A stretch of 64,000 nucleotides of DNA, from NCBI GenBank assembly GCA_049517335.1, contig JBEKSD010000001.1:32001-96000 (forward strand). The letters are read 5' to 3'. Positions 1 through 9,895 of the stretch are shown here, piece by piece; within the stretch, counting starts at the first letter, position 1; each line of letters starts with the position of its first letter. The position numbers were made by a program, and so were the translations under genes. A model generated the notes under the pieces. It ran no database searches, had not been told where the DNA came from, and saw only the letters and a program-made list of their open reading frames with translations. The DNA is from Candidatus Omnitrophota bacterium (GTDB taxonomy: Bacteria; Omnitrophota; Gorgyraeia; Gygaellales; Profunditerraquicolaceae).

Positions 1-1137
1 CGCTTTAATTTAGCCCAAATTAAGAAAATTGAAGAGAAAACCCAACACGATGTTGTGGCATTTGTTACTAACGTGGCACAATATATTGGGTCTGATGCCA
101 AATATTTACATTTAGGGCTCACCTCTTCGGATATTTTGGATACTAGCTTAGGCGTCCAAATTAAAAGCGCATCTGGTATTCTCAGGGATGATCTTAATAA
201 GCTTCTGGGCATCTTGGCCAGAAAAGCAAAACAATACAAGGATATGGTTTGCATCGGCCGCACACACGGGGTACATGCGGAACCCACAACATTTGGGCTT
301 AAGCTAGCCCTTTGGTATGATGAGACCAAGCGTAATTTAAAGAGATTAGAACGGGCTGCAAACGAAGCAGGCTTAGGCAAAATTTCCGGCGCTGTCGGTA
401 CCTATGCCAATATTGATCCTTTTGTAGAAACATACGTTTGCAGGAAGCTAGGCTTGAAAGCGGCTAATATTTCAACACAGGTCATACAAAGAGATGTATA
501 TGCCCAATATATGGCTACGCTTGCGCTAATCGGAACATCTTTGGAAAAATTTGCCACAGAGATAAGGCACTTGCAGAGAACGGAAGTTTTAGAAGTTGAG
601 GAGCCGTTTGGAAAAGGGCAGAAAGGCTCATCTGCCATGCCGCATAAGCGAAACCCTGTAATTTGTGAGCGTATTTGCGGCTTAAGCCGAATTCTACGCG
701 GTAATGCGATAGCGGCGATGGAAAATGTTGCCCTCTGGCATGAACGCGATATATCGCATTCTTCGGCTGAGCGCGTGATCCTGCCCGATTCTACAATAGT
801 CCTGGATTATATGTTGAATAAATTCATTCAGGTTGTAGAAGGGATGAGCGTTTATCCGGACAATATGCTCATTAATTTAGCCAGGACGCACGGCTTGATA
901 TTCTCCCAGAGAGTGCTTTTAGAGCTTATGCATAAAGGATTAAGGCGTATGATCGCTTACGATATCGTGCAAAGGGCGGCGATGAAGACATGGAAAGAAG
1001 GGACAAATTTCAAAGACAATCTTCTTTTAGAAAAAGAGGTTAGAAAATATCTTTCCCTAAAAGAGCTTGATAAGATTTTTGACTTGGATTATTATTTACG
1101 CCGAGTGGATTATATTTTTGACAAGGTTGGTTTATAA
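1..1137 (+). CDS. purB: Adenylosuccinate lyase (5' truncated by window edge)
   Basis: Frame is open from base 1; GRTHGVHAEPTTFG and fumarate-lyase signature GSSAMPHKRNP; first gene of pur cluster. Confidence 0.97.
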   Translation, partial: RFNLAQIKKIEEKTQHDVVAFVTNVAQYIGSDAKYLHLGLTSSDILDTSLGVQIKSASGILRDDLNKLLGILARKAKQYKDMVCIGRTHGVHAEPTTFGLKLALWYDETKRNLKRLERAANEAGLGKISGAVGTYANIDPFVETYVCRKLGLKAANISTQVIQRDVYAQYMATLALIGTSLEKFATEIRHLQRTEVLEVEEPFGKGQKGSSAMPHKRNPVICERICGLSRILRGNAIAAMENVALWHERDISHSSAERVILPDSTIVLDYMLNKFIQVVEGMSVYPDNMLINLARTHGLIFSQRVLLELMHKGLRRMIAYDIVQRAAMKTWKEGTNFKDNLLLEKEVRKYLSLKELDKIFDLDYYLRRVDYIFDKVGL

Positions 1138-1174
1138 CCCTCACCTTCAATTTTTCCAAAGGTAGTTAATTAAA

Positions 1175-4069
1175 ATGCAGTATAAGATCGAAATAGCCGA
1201 TAAACGGGGAGTCTTTGATGCCGTGGGTGAAGGCATCTTGAAGGACATCCGGGACTTAGGCATAAATTCCGCAAAGAAAGTAAAATTCATTCAGATTTAT
1301 ACTATTGAAGGGGATATTCCGGATATCCAGATAGAAAATATCTGCAGCGAACTTCTTACCGACAAAATCTCGCAGGATTATATTATTGATGGGCGCGAAC
1401 CCGCGAACTCAGGAACCCGCGAACAATTTATTATTGAAGTCGCCTATAATCCCGGCGTCATGGACCCGGTAGAAGATTCCACTTTAAAAGGTATCCGTGA
1501 CTTGGGAATTGAAGCTGCACTTGCCATTAGGACCGCCAAGAAATACATTATCCGCGGTAAACTTACCAGGCAGGAACTTAAAACTATCTCGGAAAAGCTC
1601 CTCTACAATAAACTTATACAGCATATTGTGCGGCCGGGGGAAGAGATAAAACACGCCGAAGCTTCCTATGAATTTAAGCTTATTAGCGTAGATTTATTAG
1701 CTAGAGGCGATAAAGAGCTGCTTGAGCTAAGCAGGAAGGGTCAGCTCTTTTTAAATTTAAACGAGATGCGCGCGATAAAAGATTATTTCAAGAAGCTCAA
1801 ACGTAACCCCACAGATTGCGAACTGGAGACCGTTGCCCAGACCTGGTCAGAGCATTGTTACCATAAGACTTTCCGTGGGAAAATATATTATAAAGAGAAG
1901 GGTAAAAATTTTAAAAAACTCAAAGCTAAAAAAATAGACGGCCTGCTTAAGTCTACGATTATGAAGGTTACTAAAGAGCTGAATAAGCCGTGGTGCGTTT
2001 CGGTTTTTAAGGATAACTCCGGGGTAATTAAATTTGACGATAAACATAATGTTTGCTTTAAGGTGGAAACCCATAATCATCCTTCGGCATTAGAGCCTTT
2101 CGGCGGAGCAAACACCGGAATAGGTGGGGTTATCCGTGACCCCTTAGGTACAGGCTTGGGCGCTAAGCCCATTTTAAACACGGATGTATTCTGTTTCGGC
2201 CCTCCGGAATTGCCTTTTAGCAAAGTGCCTGAAGGTTCTCTTCATCCTAAGCGGGTGATGAAAGGCGTGGTTTCCGGGGTGCGCGATTACGGGAATAAAA
2301 TGGGGATCCCTACGGTAAACGGGGCAGTGCTTTTTCATGAAGGCTTTGTGGGAAACCCGCTGGTTTACTGCGGCACAGCCGGGATTATGCCTAAAGATAA
2401 ATCTTTTAAGAAAACCAATATAGGGGATTTGGTCGTGCTGGTAGGAGGCAGGACCGGCAGGGACGGGATTCACGGCGCGACATTTTCATCGGGTGAGCTT
2501 ACCCATGAATCGGAGAAAGTTTCTTCAGGAGCAGTGCAGATCGGTAACCCTATTCAGGAAAAGAAAGTCTTAGACGGGATTTTGAAAGCGCGCGACCTTA
2601 ATTTATATACCGCAATAACTGACTGCGGAGCAGGCGGCCTCTCCAGCGCGGTCGGGGAAATGGGTGCTGACACGGGCGCAAGGGTTGACCTTGATAAAGT
2701 GCCTTTGAAATATTCCGGGTTAAGCTACATGGAGATCTGGATTTCAGAGTCTCAGGAGAGGATGGTTCTATCGGTTGCCCCGGAAAAAATTGGGGAGCTG
2801 CTGAAAGTATTTAATGATGAGAATCTGGAGGCAACTGTAATCGGTAAATTTAGCGCTAGTAAAAAATTAGAGCTGTATTATAAAAATAATCTGGTTTGTA
2901 ATATGGATATGCAGTTTTTGCATGGCGGGCCGCCGAAAATAAGCAAAGAGGCGGTATTCATTCAGCCAAAACATAAAGCGCCAAAAATCCCGCTTAAAAA
3001 AGAGCTGAGTAAATCGCTCCTTAGCTTGCTTAGTCATTATGATATTGCCTCCAAGGAGTGGATTATCAGGCAGTATGACCATGAGGTGCAGGGTGGCTCG
3101 GTGTTAAAGCCTTTAACAGGCATTGTCAACGACGGGCCCTCAGATGCCAGTATCAGTAAGCCACTGCTTGATTCTAAAAAAGGCGTTATTCTAGCAAATG
3201 GGATAAATTTCCGCTTCGGTTTTATTGACCCTTATTGGATGGCAGCTTCCTGTATCGATGAAGCTCTACGCCAGGTTATTTCAGTAGGCGGTTCTTTAAA
3301 GAGGACAGCGATACTGGATAATTTCTGCTGGGGAAATCCGGATAAGCCTGACCGCTTAGGAGGTTTGGTACGTGCTGCTTATGGTTGTTATGACGCTGCA
3401 AAAGGCTTCTCTGTACCTTTTATTTCCGGGAAGGACAGCCTTTATAATGAATACATGGTGAAGGGGAAATCTTTAAGTATACCCGGTACGCTTTTAATTT
3501 CGGCCATAAGCATCATGGATGATGTTCAGGAAGCTGTTTCCATGTATACAAAAGAAGCCGGAGACCTGATCTATATAGTGGGTGAAACTTTTGCTGAATT
3601 AGGCGCTTCGCATTATTATGATTTATGCGGCGTGATTGGCAATAATGTCCCTAAAGTGAATATGAAGAAGGCGAGACTTATTTTTGATAGTCTTACCAAG
3701 GCAACTTCGTCTGGGTTAATCAAGGCAATGCATGATTGTTCTGACGGCGGGCTGGGTGTAGCGGCTGCGGAAATGGCTTTTGCCGGCGGCTTGGGGATGG
3801 AGCTGTTTTTGTCCGAGGTTCCCTATAAGTCTAAAGAAAAAAGAAATGATTTTATATTATTTTCCGAATCCAACTCCCGTTTTATAGTCGAGGTTGATAA
3901 GGATAAGCAGAAACAATTTGAAAGGCTGCTTAAAGGTCTTCCTTTTGGTTTAATCGGATGTGTTAGAGATAAGAAATATTTTAAAGTTTACGGCCTGGAT
4001 TCCGAGGTTTGCCTTCAGGCGGATATAAAAGATTTAAAAGAGGCGTGGCAAAAACCATTTAGCTGGTGA
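1175..4069 (+). CDS. purL: Phosphoribosylformylglycinamidine synthase PurL with two N-terminal PurS-like domains
   Basis: QTWSEHCYHK, KVETHNHPS, DCGAGGLSSA, SESQERM, ISGKDSL motifs; N-terminal 150 aa has two PurS-like repeats. Confidence 0.96.
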   Translation: MQYKIEIADKRGVFDAVGEGILKDIRDLGINSAKKVKFIQIYTIEGDIPDIQIENICSELLTDKISQDYIIDGREPANSGTREQFIIEVAYNPGVMDPVEDSTLKGIRDLGIEAALAIRTAKKYIIRGKLTRQELKTISEKLLYNKLIQHIVRPGEEIKHAEASYEFKLISVDLLARGDKELLELSRKGQLFLNLNEMRAIKDYFKKLKRNPTDCELETVAQTWSEHCYHKTFRGKIYYKEKGKNFKKLKAKKIDGLLKSTIMKVTKELNKPWCVSVFKDNSGVIKFDDKHNVCFKVETHNHPSALEPFGGANTGIGGVIRDPLGTGLGAKPILNTDVFCFGPPELPFSKVPEGSLHPKRVMKGVVSGVRDYGNKMGIPTVNGAVLFHEGFVGNPLVYCGTAGIMPKDKSFKKTNIGDLVVLVGGRTGRDGIHGATFSSGELTHESEKVSSGAVQIGNPIQEKKVLDGILKARDLNLYTAITDCGAGGLSSAVGEMGADTGARVDLDKVPLKYSGLSYMEIWISESQERMVLSVAPEKIGELLKVFNDENLEATVIGKFSASKKLELYYKNNLVCNMDMQFLHGGPPKISKEAVFIQPKHKAPKIPLKKELSKSLLSLLSHYDIASKEWIIRQYDHEVQGGSVLKPLTGIVNDGPSDASISKPLLDSKKGVILANGINFRFGFIDPYWMAASCIDEALRQVISVGGSLKRTAILDNFCWGNPDKPDRLGGLVRAAYGCYDAAKGFSVPFISGKDSLYNEYMVKGKSLSIPGTLLISAISIMDDVQEAVSMYTKEAGDLIYIVGETFAELGASHYYDLCGVIGNNVPKVNMKKARLIFDSLTKATSSGLIKAMHDCSDGGLGVAAAEMAFAGGLGMELFLSEVPYKSKEKRNDFILFSESNSRFIVEVDKDKQKQFERLLKGLPFGLIGCVRDKKYFKVYGLDSEVCLQADIKDLKEAWQKPFSW
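1394..1425 (+). repeat. 4 x 8-bp degenerate tandem repeat inside purL
   Basis: CGCGAACC-CGCGAACT-CAGGAACC-CGCGAACA, encoding REPANSGTREQ. Confidence 0.8.
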
Positions 4070-4089
4070 AAAAACCGAGGGGAGGGAGT

Positions 4090-4746
4090 ATGCAAAAACA
4101 GCGCATAATCAAGAAAGACTTTACTCAGGAAGATACCTGGCGCATGTTCCGTATTATGGGCGAATTTGTTGACGGATTTGAAGTCCTCTCTCAGGTGGGC
4201 AAGGCGGTTTCCATTTTCGGCTCAAGCCGTTCTAGGTTTAATAACAAGTATTATAAATTTGCCGAAGAGATAGCTTATCTTTTAGCCAAATCCGGCTACG
4301 CTATTATTACCGGCGGCGGGCCGGGAATAATGGAGGCTGGTAACCGCGGTGCCCGGCGCGCCGGAGGGCTCTCCATTGGTTTAAATATCCAGATCCCCAC
4401 GGAGCAGAAGGCCAATGCCTATATTGATACGCTCCTTGATTTTCATTATTTTTTCGTGCGCAAAGTGATGTTCGTTAAATATGCCAAGGCATTTGTGATC
4501 ATGCCCGGAGGATACGGTACGTTGGACGAGTTTTATGAAGCCATAAACCTGATTCAAACCGAGCGTATACCCAAATTCCCGGTTGTCTTATTCGGCAGCG
4601 ATTACTGGAAAGGTATGATTAAATGGCTTAAAGAGGTAGTTCTAAAAGACGGGAATATATATCCCTATGATTTAGACTTATTTAAAGTTACCGACAAACC
4701 GCAAGAAGTAGTAACGATAGTAAAGAAATTTTATGCCAAGCGTTAA
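4090..4746 (+). CDS. LOG family (TIGR00730-type) nucleotide phosphoribohydrolase
   Basis: TGGGPGIMEA, FFVRKVMF, PGGYGTLDE motifs; ATG 4090 follows GGAGGGAG. Confidence 0.92.
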   Translation: MQKQRIIKKDFTQEDTWRMFRIMGEFVDGFEVLSQVGKAVSIFGSSRSRFNNKYYKFAEEIAYLLAKSGYAIITGGGPGIMEAGNRGARRAGGLSIGLNIQIPTEQKANAYIDTLLDFHYFFVRKVMFVKYAKAFVIMPGGYGTLDEFYEAINLIQTERIPKFPVVLFGSDYWKGMIKWLKEVVLKDGNIYPYDLDLFKVTDKPQEVVTIVKKFYAKR

Positions 4747-5515
4747 AGTTTGCATTTTGAGGACAGCCGGGACAAATTGCGATAAGGAAACCGCGTTTGC
4801 CTTTACAGCTGCGGGTGGGACAACTGAATTTGTGCATATCAAGGAATTGGTTGAAGGCAGGAAGAACCTTGTCAATTTCCAGATTCTTGTCCTCCCCGGA
4901 GGTTTTAGTTACGGAGATGATATTGCCTCGGGGAAAATATTGGCCAATGAGATGGTGAATAAATTATCGGCAGATTTAATGAAATTCATCCGTGACGGTA
5001 AATTGATCATCGGGATATGTAACGGCTTCCAAATACTGGTAAAAAGCGGCCTGCTTCCGGGAGGCCCAGGATTAAAACAGGAAACAAGCTTGATTATTAA
5101 TGACTCGGGGAAGTTTGAAGACCGCTGGGTGTATTTACGCAAATCTCACGATAAATGCGTTTGGACAAAAAATCTTGCCCCAATAATTTATTTGCCGGTT
5201 GCGCATGGAGAGGGAAAATTTGTTGTCCAGGATAGAACTGTTTTAGCAAGATTAAAGCGTAACGACCAGATTGTTTTCCAGTATTGCGATGAAAGAGCTA
5301 AACTGGAAGGATATCCCTATAATCCCAACGGTTCAAAGGAAAATATCGCTGGCATTTGCGATGAGACAGGCAGGGTTTTCGGCCTGATGCCTCATCCTGA
5401 AAGGCACATTCAATTTACTCAGGCTCCCCGCTGGACGTCTACTGCTAAAGCAGGCGCAGGCGACGGGATGCAGATATTCAGGAATGGAGTGGAATATGCG
5501 AGAGCTAAACTATAG
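4733..5515 (+). CDS. purQ: FGAM synthase glutaminase subunit
   Basis: PGGFSYGD, GICNGFQIL, AHGEG, MPHPER. Confidence 0.97.
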   Translation: MPSVKVCILRTAGTNCDKETAFAFTAAGGTTEFVHIKELVEGRKNLVNFQILVLPGGFSYGDDIASGKILANEMVNKLSADLMKFIRDGKLIIGICNGFQILVKSGLLPGGPGLKQETSLIINDSGKFEDRWVYLRKSHDKCVWTKNLAPIIYLPVAHGEGKFVVQDRTVLARLKRNDQIVFQYCDERAKLEGYPYNPNGSKENIAGICDETGRVFGLMPHPERHIQFTQAPRWTSTAKAGAGDGMQIFRNGVEYARAKL

Positions 5516-6947
5516 CGACGAAGCAAAAGAATATTGCGGCCTTTTCGGAATTGTTAACCACGCACACGCAAGCTGGCTCACCTACATGGGGCTTTACGCC
5601 CAGCAGCACCGGGGGCAGGAAGCCTGTGGGATAGCGGTGAATAATAAAGGTATTTTGACGATACACAAGAATATGGGGTTAGTCAGTGATGTATTTAACG
5701 AAGAGATCCTGGCCAAGTTAAAAGGGAATATGGCGGTGGGCCATGTGCGTTATTCTACTACCGGCTCAAGCGTATTGAAAAATTCCCAGCCGCTTTTAAT
5801 TGATTATGCCAAGGGCTCTATTTGTATCGCGCATAACGGAAACTTGGTAAATTCATTCCAGTTGCGCCGCTATCTGGAAAAAACCGGTTCCATTTTCCAG
5901 ACTACAACCGATTCCGAGATTGTAATTCATTTAATGGCGCGCTCCCGTTCCATGGATTTGGAAGAAAGCCTGATATATGCCTTAAAAAGAATTAAAGGCG
6001 CCTATTCATTGGTGATGATGGATAATAAGCATTTAATCGGAGTAAGGGACCCGTTGGGTTTTCGGCCGCTGTGCCTGGGTAAATTCGGCAACGCCTGGTG
6101 CCTGGCTTCGGAGACCTGCGCCTTTGATCTGATCGGCGCTAAATTCGTGCGCGAAATAGAGCCAGGTGAAATAATCATCATCAGCGAAAATGTGGTTAAG
6201 ATAATTAAGCCTAAAGAACTGCAGTTTAAGCGCAGGCACGCCTTCTGTACTTTTGAGCATGTATATTTTTCGCGGCCTGATTCGGTGGTCTTCGGTGAGA
6301 CCGTGCATTTGGTCAGAAGAAAGCTGGGGGAGGAGCTGGCGCGCGAGCATCCGGTGGATGCTGATTATGTTGTTCCTGTTCCCGATTCGGGGTATTCCGC
6401 GGCATTAGGATACGCCAAAGAATCCGGGATTCCTTTAGAAATGGGGATTATCCGTAACCACTATGTAGGAAGAACCTTTATCCAGCCGGCGCAGGATACG
6501 CGCGATCTGGGAGTAAGGGTAAAATTCAATTTTATGAAAGCTGTGCTTAAGGGCAAGCGCATCGTTATAGTGGATGATTCCATTGTCCGTGGAACAACTT
6601 CCAAGATACGCGTGCGTAATTTAAGGCGCATCGGCGTAAAAGAAGTGCATTTGCGGATATCCTGCCCGCCGCACCGTTTCCCCTGCTTTTACGGGATAGA
6701 TTTCCATAAGTCATCGGAACTGATCGCCAATAAATACGAGTCAATTGAAAAAATAAGGCAGTATTTGGGCGTTGATACTCTGGGGTATTTAAGCTTGGAA
6801 GGTATGCAGAAATGTATGAAGTGCGCCAAGAATTTCTATTGTAATGCCTGCTGGACGGGGAAATACCCGGTCAGGGCAGAGAAGAAACACAGCAAATTCT
6901 CTCTCGAAGAACATTGCTGCGGCCAAGGAGAGTTAGAAGCATGTTAA
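5496..6947 (+). CDS. purF: Amidophosphoribosyltransferase
   Basis: Propeptide then CGLFG, QHRGQE, GHVRYST, PRPP motif VDDSIVRGTT, Fe-S cysteines. Confidence 0.97.
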   Translation: MRELNYSDEAKEYCGLFGIVNHAHASWLTYMGLYAQQHRGQEACGIAVNNKGILTIHKNMGLVSDVFNEEILAKLKGNMAVGHVRYSTTGSSVLKNSQPLLIDYAKGSICIAHNGNLVNSFQLRRYLEKTGSIFQTTTDSEIVIHLMARSRSMDLEESLIYALKRIKGAYSLVMMDNKHLIGVRDPLGFRPLCLGKFGNAWCLASETCAFDLIGAKFVREIEPGEIIIISENVVKIIKPKELQFKRRHAFCTFEHVYFSRPDSVVFGETVHLVRRKLGEELAREHPVDADYVVPVPDSGYSAALGYAKESGIPLEMGIIRNHYVGRTFIQPAQDTRDLGVRVKFNFMKAVLKGKRIVIVDDSIVRGTTSKIRVRNLRRIGVKEVHLRISCPPHRFPCFYGIDFHKSSELIANKYESIEKIRQYLGVDTLGYLSLEGMQKCMKCAKNFYCNACWTGKYPVRAEKKHSKFSLEEHCCGQGELEAC

Positions 6948-7933
6948 CCTATAAGAAAGCAGGAGTAGATATATCAAGCGTAGCTGCCTTTAAAAACAAA
7001 CTGAAACCGTTAGTGAAGAAGTCTTTTAGGCCAGAAGTTTTAAAAGATATCGGAGGATTTGGGAGTTTTTTCAGGTTAAATAAGGATAAATACAAAGACC
7101 CGATCCTTGTTTCTTCTTCAGACGGCGTGGGCACAAAGCTTAAGATTGCGAAGTTAGTGAATAAACACGATACCGTAGGCATTGACGCAGTGGCTATGAA
7201 CGTAAATGATATTCTATGTACGGGAGCAGAGCCACTATTCTTTTTAGATTACATTGCCTTTACAAAAGTTAAAGAAGAAATATTGCTTGATCTGGTCAAA
7301 GGCATAAATGACGGCTGTATTGAATCAGGCTGTTCCTTAATCGGCGGTGAAACCGCGCAAATGCCCGGGATGTATAGGATAGATGAATACGATATTGCCG
7401 GTTTTTGTGTAGGTGTAGTTGAGAGAAAAGATATCATTGATGGTTCAAAGATTACAGCAGGAGATTTAGTTATCGGATTGGAGTCAAGCGGGTGTCATTC
7501 CAACGGTTATTCATTAGTGAGGAAGGTTTTCTCTTTAACAGAACAGAAAAGGATGGCTAAAGAATTACTTACCCCGACCAGAATTTATGTAAAACCAGTG
7601 TTAAGCTTATTACCCGAGGTAAATATACACGGCATTGCCCATATTACGGGTGGTGCTTTTTATGATAAAATTAGCCGTATTTTACCGGCTAACATAAATG
7701 TGCGCATAAATAAAGGCTCTTGGAATGTCCCGAAAATATTCAGGCTTATTCAGAACAAAGGGAATGTTAGGGAGTGCGAAATGTATCACACTTTGAATAT
7801 GGGTATCGGTATGGTTTTGATAGTCAAGCCGGATGCGGCCAAGAATATAATTTCAAAGTTTACTGCTTTGAAGCTTAAAGCATGGGTTATCGGTGCAGCG
7901 GTTAAGGGAAAGAAGGAAGTAGAGCTAGTTTAA
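6941..7933 (+). CDS. purM: AIR synthase
   Basis: YKKAGVD, DGVGTK, GGETAQMP, HSNGYSL, HITGG. Confidence 0.97.
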   Translation: MLTYKKAGVDISSVAAFKNKLKPLVKKSFRPEVLKDIGGFGSFFRLNKDKYKDPILVSSSDGVGTKLKIAKLVNKHDTVGIDAVAMNVNDILCTGAEPLFFLDYIAFTKVKEEILLDLVKGINDGCIESGCSLIGGETAQMPGMYRIDEYDIAGFCVGVVERKDIIDGSKITAGDLVIGLESSGCHSNGYSLVRKVFSLTEQKRMAKELLTPTRIYVKPVLSLLPEVNIHGIAHITGGAFYDKISRILPANINVRINKGSWNVPKIFRLIQNKGNVRECEMYHTLNMGIGMVLIVKPDAAKNIISKFTALKLKAWVIGAAVKGKKEVELV

Positions 7934-7950
7934 AAAAGGGGGTAAGTGCT

Positions 7951-8817
7951 ATGAATATCGTTTTCTTATTGGTAATTATCGCAGTCGTCGCATTTTTAAT
8001 GGGCATCAGGATAGTTAGACCTACGCATCGCGGGCTGATCGAGAGATTCGGTAAATACAACCGTTTTGCTAATCCCGGTTTTAACTGGATTATCCCGGTT
8101 ATGGAGAAAATATATCCGGTAAATATCACCGAGCAGATGGTGGATGCCGAGCCGCAGGAGATTATTACCAATGATAACTTAAACGCTAAAGTTGACGCGC
8201 AGGTTTACTTTAAAGTTAAGCCGGCTGAAACGGATGTAAAATGTGCAATTTACAATGTGTATAATTATGAGTATCAGATAGTAAACCTTGCCCGTACCAC
8301 ATTAAGGAATATTATCGGTACCCTCACCTTAAAATCAGCCAACAGCGAGCGCGGTAAGATTAATGCCGAGCTGCACAGGACCTTGATGGAGGAAACTTCA
8401 AACTGGGGTATTGAAATTGTCAGGACAGAATTAAAAGAAATCGACCCTCCGAAAGACGTGCAGGAGACAATGAATAAAGTAGTTAAGGCGGAGAATGAGA
8501 AGATTGCCGCGGTTGATTTTGCGACTGCCACTGAAACTGTTGCTGATGGCCAGAAGCGCGCAGAGATTAAGAAAGCAGAAGGTATCAAGCAGGCGCGTAT
8601 TTTGGAGGCAGAAGGAGAAGCAGCGGCAATAAAATTAGTAAATGAAGCAGCGGAACATTATTTTGTGGGTAATGCGCAAGTACTGCGCAAATTAGAAGCA
8701 GTTGAGAAGTCATTGCAGAATAACGCAAAAATTGTTGTTCCCGCGAATACAGAATTAGTTAATGTAATTGGTGAAATGGCAGGTTTTCTGCCGCTTAAAA
8801 CCGAAACGAAAAAATAG
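7951..8817 (+). CDS. SPFH/band 7 (stomatin-like) membrane protein
   Basis: N-terminal TM helix, ERFGKY..PG, ITNDN, C-terminal AEG repeats. Confidence 0.92.
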   Translation: MNIVFLLVIIAVVAFLMGIRIVRPTHRGLIERFGKYNRFANPGFNWIIPVMEKIYPVNITEQMVDAEPQEIITNDNLNAKVDAQVYFKVKPAETDVKCAIYNVYNYEYQIVNLARTTLRNIIGTLTLKSANSERGKINAELHRTLMEETSNWGIEIVRTELKEIDPPKDVQETMNKVVKAENEKIAAVDFATATETVADGQKRAEIKKAEGIKQARILEAEGEAAAIKLVNEAAEHYFVGNAQVLRKLEAVEKSLQNNAKIVVPANTELVNVIGEMAGFLPLKTETKK

Positions 8818-8853
8818 GCAGGAAAAAGAAGCAGTATTAAGAAGGAGGGTAAT

Positions 8854-9153
8854 ATGGGTGTGTATAATGTTATGCAGGCACTTGCGTTAGTTCCTGTGAC
8901 AATGTTTCTGACAGTTAGTTTTTTTGTATTATTTGTGGCGCGCAAAACCGATATGCAAGACTTAAAAATATTCGGGTATGTAGTAGTAGCACTGCTTTGG
9001 ATTTGTGCGATTTCGATGTTCACTACGGGGATTCATGCATCTTTATCCCGGGGTGGGATGATGCCTATGAGACGCGGCATGATGATGCAGGAGAAGCAGA
9101 TGGCTCCTACTCCAATGCCGAACAGCCCAACAACGACGCATCAGGCAAAATAA
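8854..9153 (+). CDS. Small two-TM membrane protein with Met-rich C-terminal tail
   Basis: Strong SD (AAGGAGG), two hydrophobic helices, GGMMPMRRGMMMQEKQM tail. Confidence 0.75.
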   Translation: MGVYNVMQALALVPVTMFLTVSFFVLFVARKTDMQDLKIFGYVVVALLWICAISMFTTGIHASLSRGGMMPMRRGMMMQEKQMAPTPMPNSPTTTHQAK

Positions 9154-9183
9154 TCGTTTTCCAGAGTGCACGCCTTAGGAATA

Positions 9184-9504
9184 ATGGCAAATATTATTGA
9201 AAAAGTGGGAAGCTTGGTTAGTTTGGTAGATTATCAAGACAGTTCTGTTGTTAGTAAAGAAGTTATTAAAAAAGAAAAAGGCACGGTAACGCTTTTTGCT
9301 TTTGATAAAGGGCAGGGGTTAAGTGAACATACCGCGCCATTTGATGCCTTAGTTTATATCTTTGACGGCAAAGCAGAAATTAGTATCGCCGGCAAGCAAC
9401 ATTACTTAAAAGCAGGCGAAACTATTATTATGCCAGCAAATAAGCCGCATTCTCTAAAGGCCATAGATCGCTTTAAGATGCTTTTGGTAATGATTAAGGC
9501 TTAA
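9184..9504 (+). CDS. Cupin domain protein
   Basis: TLFAFDKGQGLSEHTAPFDA and MPANKPHSL cupin motifs. Confidence 0.9.
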   Translation: MANIIEKVGSLVSLVDYQDSSVVSKEVIKKEKGTVTLFAFDKGQGLSEHTAPFDALVYIFDGKAEISIAGKQHYLKAGETIIMPANKPHSLKAIDRFKMLLVMIKA

Positions 9505-9562
9505 TCTGATATTAGAGCAAGAATAACTAATATTTTGCATAAGAGGAGTTGATTAAGAAAAA

Positions 9563-9892
9563 ATGTTATTAATTATCAGAGAGAAGGCGAGCGAGGAGAT
9601 TATTTCTAAGGTTGCTGAAGATCTTAAGGGATATATTAAAGTGGTTGTAGATGTCCGGCGTAAGATTTTGTCTGCCGGTGGGAAAATGCATGTGGATGGC
9701 GAAAGGCTGCTTCTGGAAGACGGAAGTAAACAGGCAGATATCTGGGGAGGCGGTTTAGACATTGAGTCCGGAGAGGTTGATTTTGATTCAATGATTAATT
9801 TAAGGCCAGGGCAAAATAATCCTAGCCGGGAAGTTTTAGATTCCGCTATACGCAAACAGATAGAAGTAATTATTCGTGCAATATTAAGGTAA
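9563..9892 (+). CDS. Conserved hypothetical protein (DUF5674-like)
   Basis: IKVVVDV..GG.MH.D.E..LL..GS.Q.DIWG, FDSMINLRP.Q.N pattern recalled for DUF5674. Confidence 0.75.
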   Translation: MLLIIREKASEEIISKVAEDLKGYIKVVVDVRRKILSAGGKMHVDGERLLLEDGSKQADIWGGGLDIESGEVDFDSMINLRPGQNNPSREVLDSAIRKQIEVIIRAILR

Positions 9893-9895
9893 ATA

